From assembly GCA_031556815.1 (NCBI GenBank), contig JAVBSI010000024.1, positions 469-64,468 of the forward strand: a stretch of DNA of 64,000 bases, given 5' to 3'. The translations under genes were made by a program, and so were the position numbers. Shown here piece after piece: positions 8,304 through 17,982 of the stretch. The DNA is from Eubacteriales bacterium. Lineage in GTDB: Bacteria > Bacillota > Clostridia > Christensenellales > Aristaeellaceae. The stretch's first letter is position 1. Every line of letters starts with the position of its first letter. Below the pieces are notes generated by a model. The model ran no database searches, was not told where the DNA came from, and worked only from the letters and a program-made list of their open reading frames with translations.

Positions 8304-9758
8304 TTATTCGCCCGCCACGGACAGTTCACCCACATCCACGCTGGGGCTGCCCATCCCCCCCTTTGGAAAGCGAAGGTCGTTGCCCATGGCACGGATGTTT
8401 AGCAACATTTGGAAGAAATTTCCCGCCAGGGTGATCTGCTCCACCGGGCGAATCTTCTTTCCGTTTTGCAACAAAAAACCCTTGGATAGCAACGAAAAAT
8501 CTCCGCTCACCGCGTTCGCCCCGGCGTGGAGCCCTGAGATATCGGTGATCAAGATGCCGTTTTGAACCGTCGCGATCAACTGTTCCAGCGTCAGGTCGCT
8601 AGGCTGAAAATAGAAATTGGTGGGGGACACCCTCACCGGCGCGGCATAGCTACCCCGGCTCGCATTGCCAGTGGTCCTCACGCTGTCCTTGTGAGCGGTC
8701 TTCAAATTATGCAAAAAAGTGAGGAATTTCCCCCGGTCGATCAACACATGCTTGCTGCTGGGCACGCCTTCTCCGTCAAAGGGGCGGCTGGCCATGCCGT
8801 TTGGCAACAGCGGATCATCAATCAGCGTAACGCAGCGCGCGGCGATGTTTTCCCCCACTTTCCCCTTCAGCAGCGATAGTCCTTGCTGCGCTTGTTCGGC
8901 GGAAAACACCTCGGCAAATACCGACAGCAGATCCACCATCACGGCGTTCAGCAAAATGATATGATAGCCGCCAGAGGGCACGGGCGTAGCATGGAGCCGT
9001 TCCAGCGCCATCCCAGCGGCAGTGGCGGCCAAGGCTTGGCTGTCCAGCTTGCCAAAATCCCTTGCAAAGACAATTTCCTCTCCCATGGCGATGCTGTCCC
9101 CCTCCTTGGCGACGGGGGCCAGGTACGCGCCGCAGAAGTCCTGGGCATAACGGCGATCCATGCCTTGGGTGTTGATGATGCGCAATGTCTGTCTACCGGT
9201 GAACACCGTGGCGTCGCTCACCTTGTCAATCCGCGGATCGTACGCCTTGGCCTCCTGCTCCAACCGGAGCAAAAAGCCAAGCTTTTTCTCCGGAGCCACC
9301 GCCTGCAACGCTGGGTTTTCCAGCGCAAGGGTCGGGGCTATCTCCTCGCCGCTGTAAAGGAACTGCGGGTCGCTGTCCTCACATAGGCGGGCGCTTTGCA
9401 GCGCGCCATGCACCAGCTGCTCCTCCGCATCCTCGTCAAAGGCCTCTGTGGAGGCATACCCCATCCTTCCCTCCAGCAAGCCGCGAAAACCCAGCCCACG
9501 GGTCTGGTTTGCACTGTACTGAACGATCTCACCCTCCATAGCCATGGCCTCAAAACTTTCGTTTTCCAGCAAAAATGCCTCCGCAGAGGTAAAGCCAGAT
9601 GCTTTGGCCCGCGTCAGCAACTTTTGCAGAAAGCTGTCTGTGTCCGGGTCTCCTGCTGGCTCTACCATGGTTCCTTCCGCCATGGCCTGGGCGGGCACTT
9701 CCTCGCTCCACAATTCAGCTTGCTCTTGGCTTGATTGCCCTTGCTCACGTCCACTCAT
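8304..9758 (-). CDS. pmbA: PmbA/TldE-family metalloprotease partner
   Basis: TldD/PmbA-fold sequence. The start is reassigned to the ATG at 9758 (AAGGAGG 7 nt upstream), which forms an ATGA overlap with the tldD stop. The ORF track start 9857 lies inside tldD. Confidence 0.85.
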   Translation of the reverse strand: MSGREQGQSSQEQAELWSEEVPAQAMAEGTMVEPAGDPDTDSFLQKLLTRAKASGFTSAEAFLLENESFEAMAMEGEIVQYSANQTRGLGFRGLLEGRMGYASTEAFDEDAEEQLVHGALQSARLCEDSDPQFLYSGEEIAPTLALENPALQAVAPEKKLGFLLRLEQEAKAYDPRIDKVSDATVFTGRQTLRIINTQGMDRRYAQDFCGAYLAPVAKEGDSIAMGEEIVFARDFGKLDSQALAATAAGMALERLHATPVPSGGYHIILLNAVMVDLLSVFAEVFSAEQAQQGLSLLKGKVGENIAARCVTLIDDPLLPNGMASRPFDGEGVPSSKHVLIDRGKFLTFLHNLKTAHKDSVRTTGNASRGSYAAPVRVSPTNFYFQPSDLTLEQLIATVQNGILITDISGLHAGANAVSGDFSLLSKGFLLQNGKKIRPVEQITLAGNFFQMLLNIRAMGNDLRFPKGGMGSPSVDVGELSVAGE

Positions 9759-11158
9759 GCTTTTCCTCCTTCGGCCCTGCCGCCTACGGTCATGCTCTTC
9801 ACCCGGATCATGGGCTGGCCCACATTGGTGGGAATACTGCCGCTGATGCTGCCGCACATGCCCTGTGCCATCCGCATATCCTTGCCCACCCGATCAATCT
9901 GCAGCAGGATCTCCGCGCCTTTTCCGATCAAGGATGCGCCCCGCACCGGGGACGCAATCTTCCCGTCCTTCACCAAATATCCTTCACTGACGCTAAAGTT
10001 GAACTCCCCGGTGGCCGGATTCACGGAGCCGCCCCCCATGCGCTTGGCATATAGCCCGTTGCCCATGGTGACGATCATTTCCGCTTCGTCATCCTGCCCG
10101 GCGGCAATGTAGGTGTTGCGCATCCGGGAGGTGGGCGCATACGCATAGCTTTCCCTTCGGCTGCTTCCGGTGGGCGGCATGCCCATGCGCTTGCCGTTTA
10201 GCCTGTCGATCATGTAGTTTGTCAGCACGCCCTTTTCAATCAGCATCAGCCGGGTGGTGGGGCTGCCCTCATCATCGATGTTCTCACTGCCCCATTCATT
10301 GGGCAACGTGCCATCGTCCACAGCGGTAACACATGGCGCGGCGATGGGCTGGCCAAGCTTTCCGCAAAACTCGGAAAGGCCAAATGCCACGCTGGTGGCC
10401 TCCAAACTGTGACCGCATGCTTCATGAAAGATCACCCCACCAAATCCGTTATCGATCACCACAGGCATCATCCCCGCAGGGCACACCGGAGCCGTCAGCA
10501 TGGTCACGGCCACTTCGCCGGCCAGGCGGCCCACCTTCGCCGGATCCACCCGGCGGTCAAACAGCTCATAGCCCATCATCCCACCCGGGCCCTCAAAGCC
10601 CTGCTGGTTTTCCACACCGCTTCCGGCAATGGCCTCACAGGCTATGCGCGTGTACACACGGCGATCCTGTACATAAAGGCCCTCGCTATTGCAGATCAGC
10701 ACGTCCTGCTCGCTATCCCGATAGCTGCATACCACCTGCGCGATGGCATCCCCAGCGGTCCGGGCGGCGGCGTTGGCCGCCCGAAGCACGTCAATTTTCT
10801 TTTGGGCGTCCGTTTTGGAGGGTAACAGTCGTAGGGGATGAATATTTGCAACCTCACGCTCTTGCATGGGTTGGCTGGGTACGCCCTGCTTGCCCTCCCG
10901 CACGGCGGAGGACGCCTGCCTAGCACAGCTAAGCAACCCATCCCGGCTGGTATCGTTGGTGTAAGTATAAATGGCGTTCAGGCCCACGAAAACACGAATC
11001 CCCGCGCCGTGAAGCCTGCCGGACAGCACCGTTTCCATTCTCCCACTCCGAAGCATCAGGGAGTTGCTGCGCCTGTCCTCCAAAAAAACCTCCGCAAAAT
11101 CTCCCCCTGTGGAAAGCGCCGCATCCAGCACGAGCCCAGCGGTCCGTTTGTCCAGCAT
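9755..11158 (-). CDS. tldD: TldD-family zinc metalloprotease
   Basis: 467 aa with the HEACGH zinc motif (VIFHEACGHSLE) and the GxC C-terminal motif (GMCG). RBS GGGGAG. Confidence 0.9.
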   Translation of the reverse strand: MLDKRTAGLVLDAALSTGGDFAEVFLEDRRSNSLMLRSGRMETVLSGRLHGAGIRVFVGLNAIYTYTNDTSRDGLLSCARQASSAVREGKQGVPSQPMQEREVANIHPLRLLPSKTDAQKKIDVLRAANAAARTAGDAIAQVVCSYRDSEQDVLICNSEGLYVQDRRVYTRIACEAIAGSGVENQQGFEGPGGMMGYELFDRRVDPAKVGRLAGEVAVTMLTAPVCPAGMMPVVIDNGFGGVIFHEACGHSLEATSVAFGLSEFCGKLGQPIAAPCVTAVDDGTLPNEWGSENIDDEGSPTTRLMLIEKGVLTNYMIDRLNGKRMGMPPTGSSRRESYAYAPTSRMRNTYIAAGQDDEAEMIVTMGNGLYAKRMGGGSVNPATGEFNFSVSEGYLVKDGKIASPVRGASLIGKGAEILLQIDRVGKDMRMAQGMCGSISGSIPTNVGQPMIRVKSMTVGGRAEGGKA

Positions 11159-11187
11159 GTTGTTCTCCCCTTTCCCGGCCAGCCGGG

Positions 11188-11841
11188 CTATTTCAAAATA
11201 TCAGCAAAATCCGCTTCCGCCAGGTTCTCTGCCCTGAAAGTAGCCTGTGGACTGTTTGCCGCGGAACCGACCCCAAGGCACCGCATGCCTCCGGCAATGG
11301 CGGCCTCCACACCGGCCTGCGCATCCTCCACTACCAGGCACTGGACCGGCGTCAGCCCCATCAGCCGTGCCGCCAGCAAAAACACCTCCGGGTCAGGCTT
11401 GCTATGGGCGATCTGGTTGCCGTCAGCTACCGCGTCAAAGGCATTTTCCAGGCCAATTTGCCGCAGAATCAGCGGCGCATTCTTGCTGGAGGAGCCGATA
11501 GCAATTTTCACGCCCCTCCTGCGAAGGTATTCCAGCGTGTGCATGACTCCGGGCAGCAGGTCCTTTCGGCTTAGCTTCCCGATGAGCTCTGTATAATATG
11601 CGTTTTTCCGGGCTGCCATGGCCTCTTTTTCTTCCGGCGCATACTGTCTTGTGGCCTTTTCCAAAAGAATATCCAGGCTCTGCATGCGGCTAACGCCCCG
11701 CAAGCGTTGGTTCACCTGGCGGTCGAAAGAGATGCCCTCCTCATCCGCCATGCGTTTCCATGCTGCATAATGGCAGTCATCTGTGGAGACGATCACTCCA
11801 TCTAAATCGAAGATCACGCCCTTAATCTGATCATGGTTCAT
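11188..11841 (-). CDS. pgmB: Beta-phosphoglucomutase (HAD superfamily)
   Basis: From MNHDQIKGVIFDLDGVIV (DxDG nucleophile motif); GSSSKNA and VVEDAQAGVEAA motifs as in PgmB. Ends 29 nt before tldD. Confidence 0.8.
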   Translation of the reverse strand: MNHDQIKGVIFDLDGVIVSTDDCHYAAWKRMADEEGISFDRQVNQRLRGVSRMQSLDILLEKATRQYAPEEKEAMAARKNAYYTELIGKLSRKDLLPGVMHTLEYLRRRGVKIAIGSSSKNAPLILRQIGLENAFDAVADGNQIAHSKPDPEVFLLAARLMGLTPVQCLVVEDAQAGVEAAIAGGMRCLGVGSAANSPQATFRAENLAEADFADILK

Positions 11842-12003
11842 CTTACGCCGCCTTTCCTCCGCTCCAGCGCCTTTTTTTCTGGAATAGTATACCATGTTTT
11901 ACGCCCCGGCGCATAGCAAGGAACGCACTATACAACCCCGGACATTTGTGCTATGCTCCTGGTGTAAACCCCTTTACCCAACGACCGCAAAGGAGTTTTC
12001 CAA

Positions 12004-12726
12004 ATGCAAAAAAGCATCCGCCCTTCTGCCAGAATCATCGGCCGGATCCTGTTTGCCACCCTGTTGCTTTCCATGGTATATGCATTGATCCGCTTCGTGG
12101 TGGCGCCAAGTGTAGCCCCCGCCGACCAGATCCACGTGCATGTCAAAAGCGACTACATCCTAATGTTGACCCAATGCCTTCTGGGCCTCCTGGTTCTGTC
12201 TTTGCCCTCGTTGCTGAGCAAGAAATGGCATTGGGACATCCCAAATGCCATCTACATCCTCTACTATGTCTTTCTATTCTGCGCCATTTTTCTGGGTGAG
12301 GTACTAAATTTCTACTACCTCATCCCCCATTGGGATACCATTTTGCACTTTTTCTCCGGCGCGATGCTGGGGGCACTGGGCTTCATTTTGGTACAACAGC
12401 TTAACGACAGTGCCATGATCCACGTCTCCCTCTCTCCAGGGTTTGTTGCCTTATTCGCGTTTTCTTTCGGGTTGGCGGCCGGGGCCGTGTGGGAGATTTA
12501 CGAGTTCACCTTTGACAGCCTCCTGGGCCTAAACATGCAAAAATTCGCCACGGAAACCGGCCAGGCTCTGACGGGGCAAGCTGCCCTGCGTGACACCATG
12601 AAGGATCTAGTCATCGATTCCCTGGCGACCTTGCTAATCACCTTGTGCGGCTATGTACGCATGAAGCGCCGCCGGGATCGGCAGCCGCAGGCTGATGCTG
12701 CCTCGCCCACCGCTATAAATATGTAA
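12004..12726 (+). CDS. Polytopic membrane protein (possibly DUF2238/YjdF-like)
   Basis: 240 aa, about 6 hydrophobic helices. The HWDTILHFFSG and WEIYEF motifs resemble DUF2238; the family call is from memory only. AAGGAG RBS. Confidence 0.55.
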   Translation: MQKSIRPSARIIGRILFATLLLSMVYALIRFVVAPSVAPADQIHVHVKSDYILMLTQCLLGLLVLSLPSLLSKKWHWDIPNAIYILYYVFLFCAIFLGEVLNFYYLIPHWDTILHFFSGAMLGALGFILVQQLNDSAMIHVSLSPGFVALFAFSFGLAAGAVWEIYEFTFDSLLGLNMQKFATETGQALTGQAALRDTMKDLVIDSLATLLITLCGYVRMKRRRDRQPQADAASPTAINM

Positions 12727-12742
12727 AAAATCACCGCCCCCA

Positions 12743-12771
12743 TTGCATTCCGATTTTACCTGTGTTATGAT
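12743..12771 (+). promoter_or_regulatory. Sigma-70-type promoter of the ctsR operon (TTGCAT-17 nt-TATGAT with TGn extension)
   Basis: -35 at 12743-12748 and -10 at 12766-12771, with TG two nt upstream of the -10. The CtsR box lies immediately downstream. Confidence 0.55.
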
Positions 12772-12776
12772 ATAAA

Positions 12777-12793
12777 GGTCAAAGATGGTCAAG
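12777..12793 (+). promoter_or_regulatory. CtsR operator (direct heptad repeat)
   Basis: GGTCAAAGATGGTCAAG matches the established CtsR box (A/G)GTCAAA-NAN-(A/G)GTCAAA. It lies between the -10 and the ctsR RBS. Confidence 0.8.
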
Positions 12794-12814
12794 TTTTTTA
12801 AGGGGAGGAAGCCC

Positions 12815-13294
12815 ATGCGCCTGAGCGACACCATCGAGCAATTTATCAAAACCTTGCTCACCCAGGCTGAGCAGGAGGTTGAATTGAAGCGCAATGAACT
12901 GGCGGAATATTTTAACTGCGCGCCTTCTCAAATCAATTACGTGCTTGCCACGCGTTTTACCCCGGATCATGGGTATATTATAGAAAGCCGCCGTGGCGGC
13001 GGCGGGTATATCCGGATCTTCCGTATGGAGCAGAATACCAGCGAGCAACTTATGTATCTGCTGCACCAACGGGTAGGCGATTCCATAACGATGGTAGAGG
13101 CCTCCCATCTGATCGCCCAACTGCGGGAACGACTGCTGGTGGCGGATGGCGAAGCTGCGCTGATGTTGGCGGCGTTGTCGCCACAAGCGCTAAGCCTGCC
13201 CATCCCGACGGATTTGAAGGATGCTCTTCGGGCCAAAATGCTGAAAAGCATGTTCATGGAAGTGGCCCGCAAAGCCAAGGGACAGCAGGTGTAA
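12815..13294 (+). CDS. ctsR: Class III stress-gene repressor CtsR
   Basis: MRLSDTIEQFIK...SQINYVLATRFTPDHGYIIESRRGGGGYIRI is the hallmark CtsR sequence. RBS AGGGGAGGAA. Confidence 0.9.
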   Translation: MRLSDTIEQFIKTLLTQAEQEVELKRNELAEYFNCAPSQINYVLATRFTPDHGYIIESRRGGGGYIRIFRMEQNTSEQLMYLLHQRVGDSITMVEASHLIAQLRERLLVADGEAALMLAALSPQALSLPIPTDLKDALRAKMLKSMFMEVARKAKGQQV

Positions 13295-13306
13295 GGAGGG
13301 AAAACC

Positions 13307-13867
13307 ATGCTTTGCGAAGAATGCAACCATAACCAAGCCACCGTGGTCATCACCGTCACCGCCGGGGACGAAATTACCACTCGCCACCTATGCCCCGAGT
13401 GTATGAAAAAAATGGAAAACAGCTTTGCCCAGGGAGATGTACAGAGTTTTTTGTCCTCTCTGCTGGCGCTGCTGTCCGTAGAACCCAAGGCTACCAAGCT
13501 CACCTGTTCCGCCTGTGGCCTCACCTATGTGCAGTTTCAGCATACGGGCAAGCTAGGCTGTGCGCACTGCTATGAATCTTTTGCCCAGGAGCTGCAACCC
13601 TTGCTAACCCGCATCCATGGGCGTAGCCAACACGCCGGGCACGTGCCGCCAGGCCATGAGGCGCCATCACAGGCGCAGGAAGCCGAAGCTGCCCCAGAAA
13701 CCGTTGCTCCTGCAAAGGATCTTTCTCCCTCCTCGGATTCCATCGCCCATCTTCGCCAGAAGATGGAGGATGCGGTGGTGCAGGAGGATTTTGAGGAAGC
13801 CGCCCGGCTGCGGGACCAGATTCGCTTCCTGGGGCAGCAGTCGGAAAGGTCGGTGCAGCATGAGTGA
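13307..13867 (+). CDS. mcsA: McsA, protein-arginine kinase activator (4x CxxC plus UVR motif)
   Basis: CEEC, CPEC, CSAC and CAHC zinc-finger pairs plus a C-terminal UVR-like EDFEEAARLRDQIR. Located between ctsR and mcsB. Confidence 0.85.
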   Translation: MLCEECNHNQATVVITVTAGDEITTRHLCPECMKKMENSFAQGDVQSFLSSLLALLSVEPKATKLTCSACGLTYVQFQHTGKLGCAHCYESFAQELQPLLTRIHGRSQHAGHVPPGHEAPSQAQEAEAAPETVAPAKDLSPSSDSIAHLRQKMEDAVVQEDFEEAARLRDQIRFLGQQSERSVQHE

Positions 13868-14873
13868 TTCCCAAAGCGCCATCGTGGTATCCAGCCGGGT
13901 GCGGCTGGCCCGCAACTATCATGATCTTCCTTTTTCCAACTTGGATAGTCCAGACAATGCCCTCTCCTGCGTGAACCGAGCCAAAGAGGCGCTCATGCAG
14001 GAGGAAACGCCTTCCTACCAATTGCACACCCTGCGCCATATGAGTGCCACCAGCCGCATGTCACTGGTGGAGCAGCACTTGATTTCTCGGGATCTGCTGC
14101 AAAGCAGCCAGGTCAGCGCCGTGCTGGTGCGGCTGGATGAGGCTGTCAGCGTGATGGTCAACGAGGAGGATCATCTGCGCATCCAGGCAATGCTGCCGGG
14201 GATCCGTCTGGACGAGGCGGCGGACATCGCCTTTGCTGTGGAGCAACAGCTGGAAAAAGCTTGCGCCTTTTCCTTTGATCCTCAATGGGGCTATCTGACG
14301 GCTTGCCCCACCAACACAGGTACGGGTATGAGAGCGTCGCTGATGCTGCATCTGCCTCTGCTAACTTTTTTTAAACAAATGGGTAACGTAACCCAAAGTG
14401 TAGCAAAGCTTGGGCTTACCATTCGAGGTATCTATGGGGAGGGCAGCGAAGCCCTGGGCGATCTGTACCAAGTCAGCAACCAAGTGACACTGGGCCGTAC
14501 AGAAACGGAGATCATCCAATCCGTGATGGCCGTTGGCAAGCAGCTGATCGACATGGAACAAACCCTGCGTACCCGGTCCGAGACGGAGGCCGCCCTCACC
14601 TTGCAGGACAAGGTGTTCCGCAGCTATGGCATGCTGCGTTATGCCCGGCAGATGGATAGCAAGGAGTTTATTGAACACTGGAGCCATCTGCGGTTGGGCG
14701 CGACGCTGGGATTGTTGCCGGTGGATCTCTGCGTAGCCGACGAGCTGCTAACCATCGCCCAGGACGCCCACACCAAGCAATATCGCTCGGCCCATTGCGC
14801 CGGTCTATCCACGGATCAGGCTCGGGCGCAAATCATCCGCAACAAGCTGAATCCAACACCACAGGAGGTATAA
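13860..14873 (+). CDS. mcsB: Protein-arginine kinase McsB
   Basis: From [19 protein letters not shown]...; NEEDHLRIQ and [13 protein letters not shown] phosphagen-kinase motifs. The ATG at 13860 overlaps the mcsA stop by 8 nt; the ORF track start 13617 lies inside mcsA. Confidence 0.9.
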   Translation: MSDSQSAIVVSSRVRLARNYHDLPFSNLDSPDNALSCVNRAKEALMQEETPSYQLHTLRHMSATSRMSLVEQHLISRDLLQSSQVSAVLVRLDEAVSVMVNEEDHLRIQAMLPGIRLDEAADIAFAVEQQLEKACAFSFDPQWGYLTACPTNTGTGMRASLMLHLPLLTFFKQMGNVTQSVAKLGLTIRGIYGEGSEALGDLYQVSNQVTLGRTETEIIQSVMAVGKQLIDMEQTLRTRSETEAALTLQDKVFRSYGMLRYARQMDSKEFIEHWSHLRLGATLGLLPVDLCVADELLTIAQDAHTKQYRSAHCAGLSTDQARAQIIRNKLNPTPQEV

Positions 14874-14874
14874 C

Positions 14875-17361
14875 ATGGCGATTTTCGGACGTTTCACCCA
14901 ACGGGCTCAGCAAGCCATCACTGCTGCCCAACAGTCTGCCGTAGCGTTGCGGCAACCCTATGTGGGCACCGAGCACATATTGCTAGGTCTTTTGAAGGAA
15001 CCCGGCCCCATGATTACGGCGCTTTTGCCGGAGGGGGTCACCTATCAAGCGGTGTTTGAGCGGGTGCAGGATCTATCTGCGGACGATGAAAAGTTTACCG
15101 GCGGCATGCTGGAACTGACACCCCGCAGCAAAAAGATTTTGGAAGGCAGCATCCTGGAAAGCAAGCGCCTGCACCACAGCTTTGTAGGCACTGAGCATTT
15201 TTGGCTATCCCTGCTGCGGGAGGGGGAAGGTGTTGCCATCAGCCTGCTGCGGGAGTTGGGCGTGGATGTCCCGGTGTTCCAGCAAAAACTGCAAGAAACC
15301 CTGCAAAACACCCAGCCCAACGGTGTGGATGAGGACGGCGAGGCCTCGGAAGGTAAGGAAGGCTCTGTCCTGGATAAGTATAGCCGGGACTTGACCAAGG
15401 CTGCCCAGGACGGAGATCTGGACCCGGTAATCGGGCGCAGCGCCGAGGTGGAACGGATCATCCAAATCCTAAGCCGCCGCACAAAAAACAACCCGGTGCT
15501 GATCGGAGAGCCGGGTGTTGGCAAAAGCGCAGTGGTGGAAGGCCTGGCCCAAATGATCGTAGCGGGCAAAGTGCCCGAGACCCTCACCGGCAAGCGGTTG
15601 GTATCGCTGGATCTTGGCAGCATGGTAGCCGGAAGCAAATACCGGGGTGAGTTTGAAGAACGGCTCAAGGAGACCATCAAGGACGTCCAGAAACAAGGCA
15701 ATATCATCCTGTTCATTGACGAGTTTCATACGTTGGTGGGCGCAGGCAAGGCGGAGGGCAGCATGGACGCCGCCAATATCCTCAAGCCTGCCCTGGCCCG
15801 GGGCGATCTGCAATGCATCGGCGCTACCACCATTGAGGAATACCGCAAGAACGTTGAGAAGGATGCCGCCTTGGAGCGGCGCTTCCAGCCGGTGAAGGTA
15901 GGAGAACCCGCGACCCAGGAAGCCGTGGAGATTCTGCGCGGCCTTCGGGATCGCTATGAGGCCCACCACAAGGTGGAGATCACCGATGACGCGCTTCAGG
16001 CTGCCGTGCATTTGGCCGACCGATACATCAGCGACCGTTTTTTGCCGGACAAGGCCATCGACTTGATGGACGAGGCAGCCTCCCGGGTGCGGTTGCGATC
16101 CTTTACCGCACCGCCGGACGTGAAGGAGCAAGAGGATCGGATGAAAGCCCTTCAAAACGAGAAGAAGGAAGCCATTGCCCACCAGGACTTTGAAAAAGCG
16201 GCTGCGCTGCGGGATGAGGAGCGCAAGGTACGCGTGGCCATCGCGGAAAAACGAGCCGCTTGGGAACTGCGCAAAAGCTCTGCCCATGAAGTTGTCACTG
16301 ATGAGGATATCGCGCAGATCGTGGCAAGCTGGACCGGCGTGCCGGTAAAAAAACTGACAGAGGACGAGAGCGAGCGCCTCTTGCATTTGGAAGAGCTGCT
16401 GCACCAGCGGGTCATCGGCCAGGATGAGGCCATCAGCGCGGTGAGCCGTGCTTTGCGGCGGGCCCGGGCGGGTTTGCAGGATCCCAAGCGCCCCATCGGT
16501 TCCTTTATCTTCCTGGGACCTACCGGCGTAGGTAAGACGGAACTCTGCCGCGCCTTGGGCGAAGTGATGTTTGATGATGAAAACGCGCTGGTGCGCATTG
16601 ACATGAGCGAGTACATGGAAAAGCATAGCGTATCCAGACTGGTAGGCTCCCCTCCCGGCTATGTAGGCCATGAGGAGGGTGGCCAGCTTACCCAAAAGGT
16701 GCGCAACAAGCCTTACAGCGTGGTGCTCTTTGATGAAGTGGAAAAGGCGCACCCGGATGTGTTTAACATTCTGCTGCAAATTCTGGATGATGGTCGCCTC
16801 ACTGACAGTACCGGCCGGGTGGTCAACTTCAAAAATACGATCATCGTTATGACCTCCAATGCCGGGGCGCACAGCATCACCAGCGGTCGGTCCCTGGGCT
16901 TTGGCACATCCGTTGAAGCGGTACGGGATTATGAAGCCATGAAGGAAAAGGTTCTGGCAGAGATGACGGACATTTGTCGGCCGGAGTTTCTTAACCGCGT
17001 GGATGATATCATCGTTTTCCATGCCCTGGAGCCGGACGATATCGAAAAAATCGCTGGGCTGATGCTGCAAAGCGTTGCCAAGCGCCTGTTGGAGCGAGGC
17101 ATGATCTTGCACTACGATCACAACGTGGTAGCCTTTTTGGCGCGGGAAGGATATGATGCCAGCTTTGGTGCTCGCCCTCTACGCCGCACGATCCAACGCA
17201 GTGTGGAGGACGCTTTGAGCGAAGAGATCATCGCCGGCCACATTGCCCTGGGAGACAGTGTCCAGCTGCGGGTGGAGGATGGCAAAATATCCTTCCACAG
17301 GGGCAGCGAAGCAAAACCTGTGGCCGAGCCTAAAAGCGAGCCTGCCAACGAACCAACCTAA
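14875..17361 (+). CDS. clpC: ATP-dependent Clp protease ATP-binding subunit ClpC
   Basis: 828 aa; Clp_N repeats, two Walker A sites ([16 protein letters not shown]) and a UVR linker. Confidence 0.95.
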   Translation: MAIFGRFTQRAQQAITAAQQSAVALRQPYVGTEHILLGLLKEPGPMITALLPEGVTYQAVFERVQDLSADDEKFTGGMLELTPRSKKILEGSILESKRLHHSFVGTEHFWLSLLREGEGVAISLLRELGVDVPVFQQKLQETLQNTQPNGVDEDGEASEGKEGSVLDKYSRDLTKAAQDGDLDPVIGRSAEVERIIQILSRRTKNNPVLIGEPGVGKSAVVEGLAQMIVAGKVPETLTGKRLVSLDLGSMVAGSKYRGEFEERLKETIKDVQKQGNIILFIDEFHTLVGAGKAEGSMDAANILKPALARGDLQCIGATTIEEYRKNVEKDAALERRFQPVKVGEPATQEAVEILRGLRDRYEAHHKVEITDDALQAAVHLADRYISDRFLPDKAIDLMDEAASRVRLRSFTAPPDVKEQEDRMKALQNEKKEAIAHQDFEKAAALRDEERKVRVAIAEKRAAWELRKSSAHEVVTDEDIAQIVASWTGVPVKKLTEDESERLLHLEELLHQRVIGQDEAISAVSRALRRARAGLQDPKRPIGSFIFLGPTGVGKTELCRALGEVMFDDENALVRIDMSEYMEKHSVSRLVGSPPGYVGHEEGGQLTQKVRNKPYSVVLFDEVEKAHPDVFNILLQILDDGRLTDSTGRVVNFKNTIIVMTSNAGAHSITSGRSLGFGTSVEAVRDYEAMKEKVLAEMTDICRPEFLNRVDDIIVFHALEPDDIEKIAGLMLQSVAKRLLERGMILHYDHNVVAFLAREGYDASFGARPLRRTIQRSVEDALSEEIIAGHIALGDSVQLRVEDGKISFHRGSEAKPVAEPKSEPANEPT

Positions 17362-17371
17362 CCCAGTTTTT

Positions 17372-17410
17372 TGCCCTTTGCGGTTTTGCCGCAAAGGGCA
17401 TTTTCATTTT
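17372..17410 (+). terminator. Intrinsic terminator after clpC
   Basis: TGCCCTTTGCGG-TTTTG-CCGCAAAGGGCA followed by TTTTCATTTT. Confidence 0.8.
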
Positions 17411-17511
17411 GATGGGGAATCTTGTAATTCAAATTTCAAGCTGGTATAATAGCATCATAACACAAATGGACGTTCTGTATGTTCATACGCACATCCAAGG
17501 AGGCAAAAGCC

Positions 17512-17946
17512 ATGAAGCATCGCTACGTCTTAGGGCTTGTCCTTTTGCTGCTGTGTGCGTTTTGTGTTGTTTCTCTTGCGGATTATCAACTGACGCCCGC
17601 CGATGTTTCCGATACAACTGTGCGGCAAAAGCTGTACGAATTGGGGTATTTGCCCTCCCCCACCCAGCGCCGAAGCGGTACGACCATCACGTTACAGGCC
17701 TTGCAGGCTTTTCAGAATGACCAGGAGCTAGAACGCGAGAATGGCATGGATACGCGCACCATGGTGCGGCTTTTTTCCCAGACGGATGAGGAGGAAGCCC
17801 AGGTATGGGCGCCGGTCTATGGCGGCAAAAAATACCATGACAATCCCTTCTGCAGCAACATGAACAACCCGGAATCCGTATCGCTGAAAACCGCCAAAGA
17901 GCTTGGCTACGAACCCTGCAAGCGTTGCAAGCCGCCCCAAAAGTAA
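17512..17946 (+). CDS. Secreted hypothetical protein; peptidoglycan-binding-like repeat and C-terminal Cys motif
   Basis: Signal peptide MKHRYVLGLVLLLLCAFCVVSLA. LYELGYLPSP...LQAFQ resembles PG_binding_1. The C-terminal YHDNPFC...GYEPCKRCKPP motif is common in secreted nuclease-like proteins. GGAGG RBS. Confidence 0.5.
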   Translation: MKHRYVLGLVLLLLCAFCVVSLADYQLTPADVSDTTVRQKLYELGYLPSPTQRRSGTTITLQALQAFQNDQELERENGMDTRTMVRLFSQTDEEEAQVWAPVYGGKKYHDNPFCSNMNNPESVSLKTAKELGYEPCKRCKPPQK

Positions 17947-17982
17947 CCCGATTCCTCCCGATGAAAGGACGTTACCTAGCGC

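Noticed and set aside
13617-13859. N-terminal 81 codons of the 418-aa mcsB ORF
   Set aside because: This part lies entirely within mcsA in another frame and is Arg/Pro-rich junk. McsB homology begins at the Met at 13860, which is coupled to the mcsA stop.
15469-17121. 550-aa ORF antisense to clpC
   Set aside because: It is a mirror-frame ORF inside a gene with unambiguous ClpC homology on the plus strand. Its translation is low-complexity (Gly/Ala/Leu/His/Arg-rich) and there is no RBS. Long antisense ORFs are expected in GC-rich coding DNA because stop codons are depleted.
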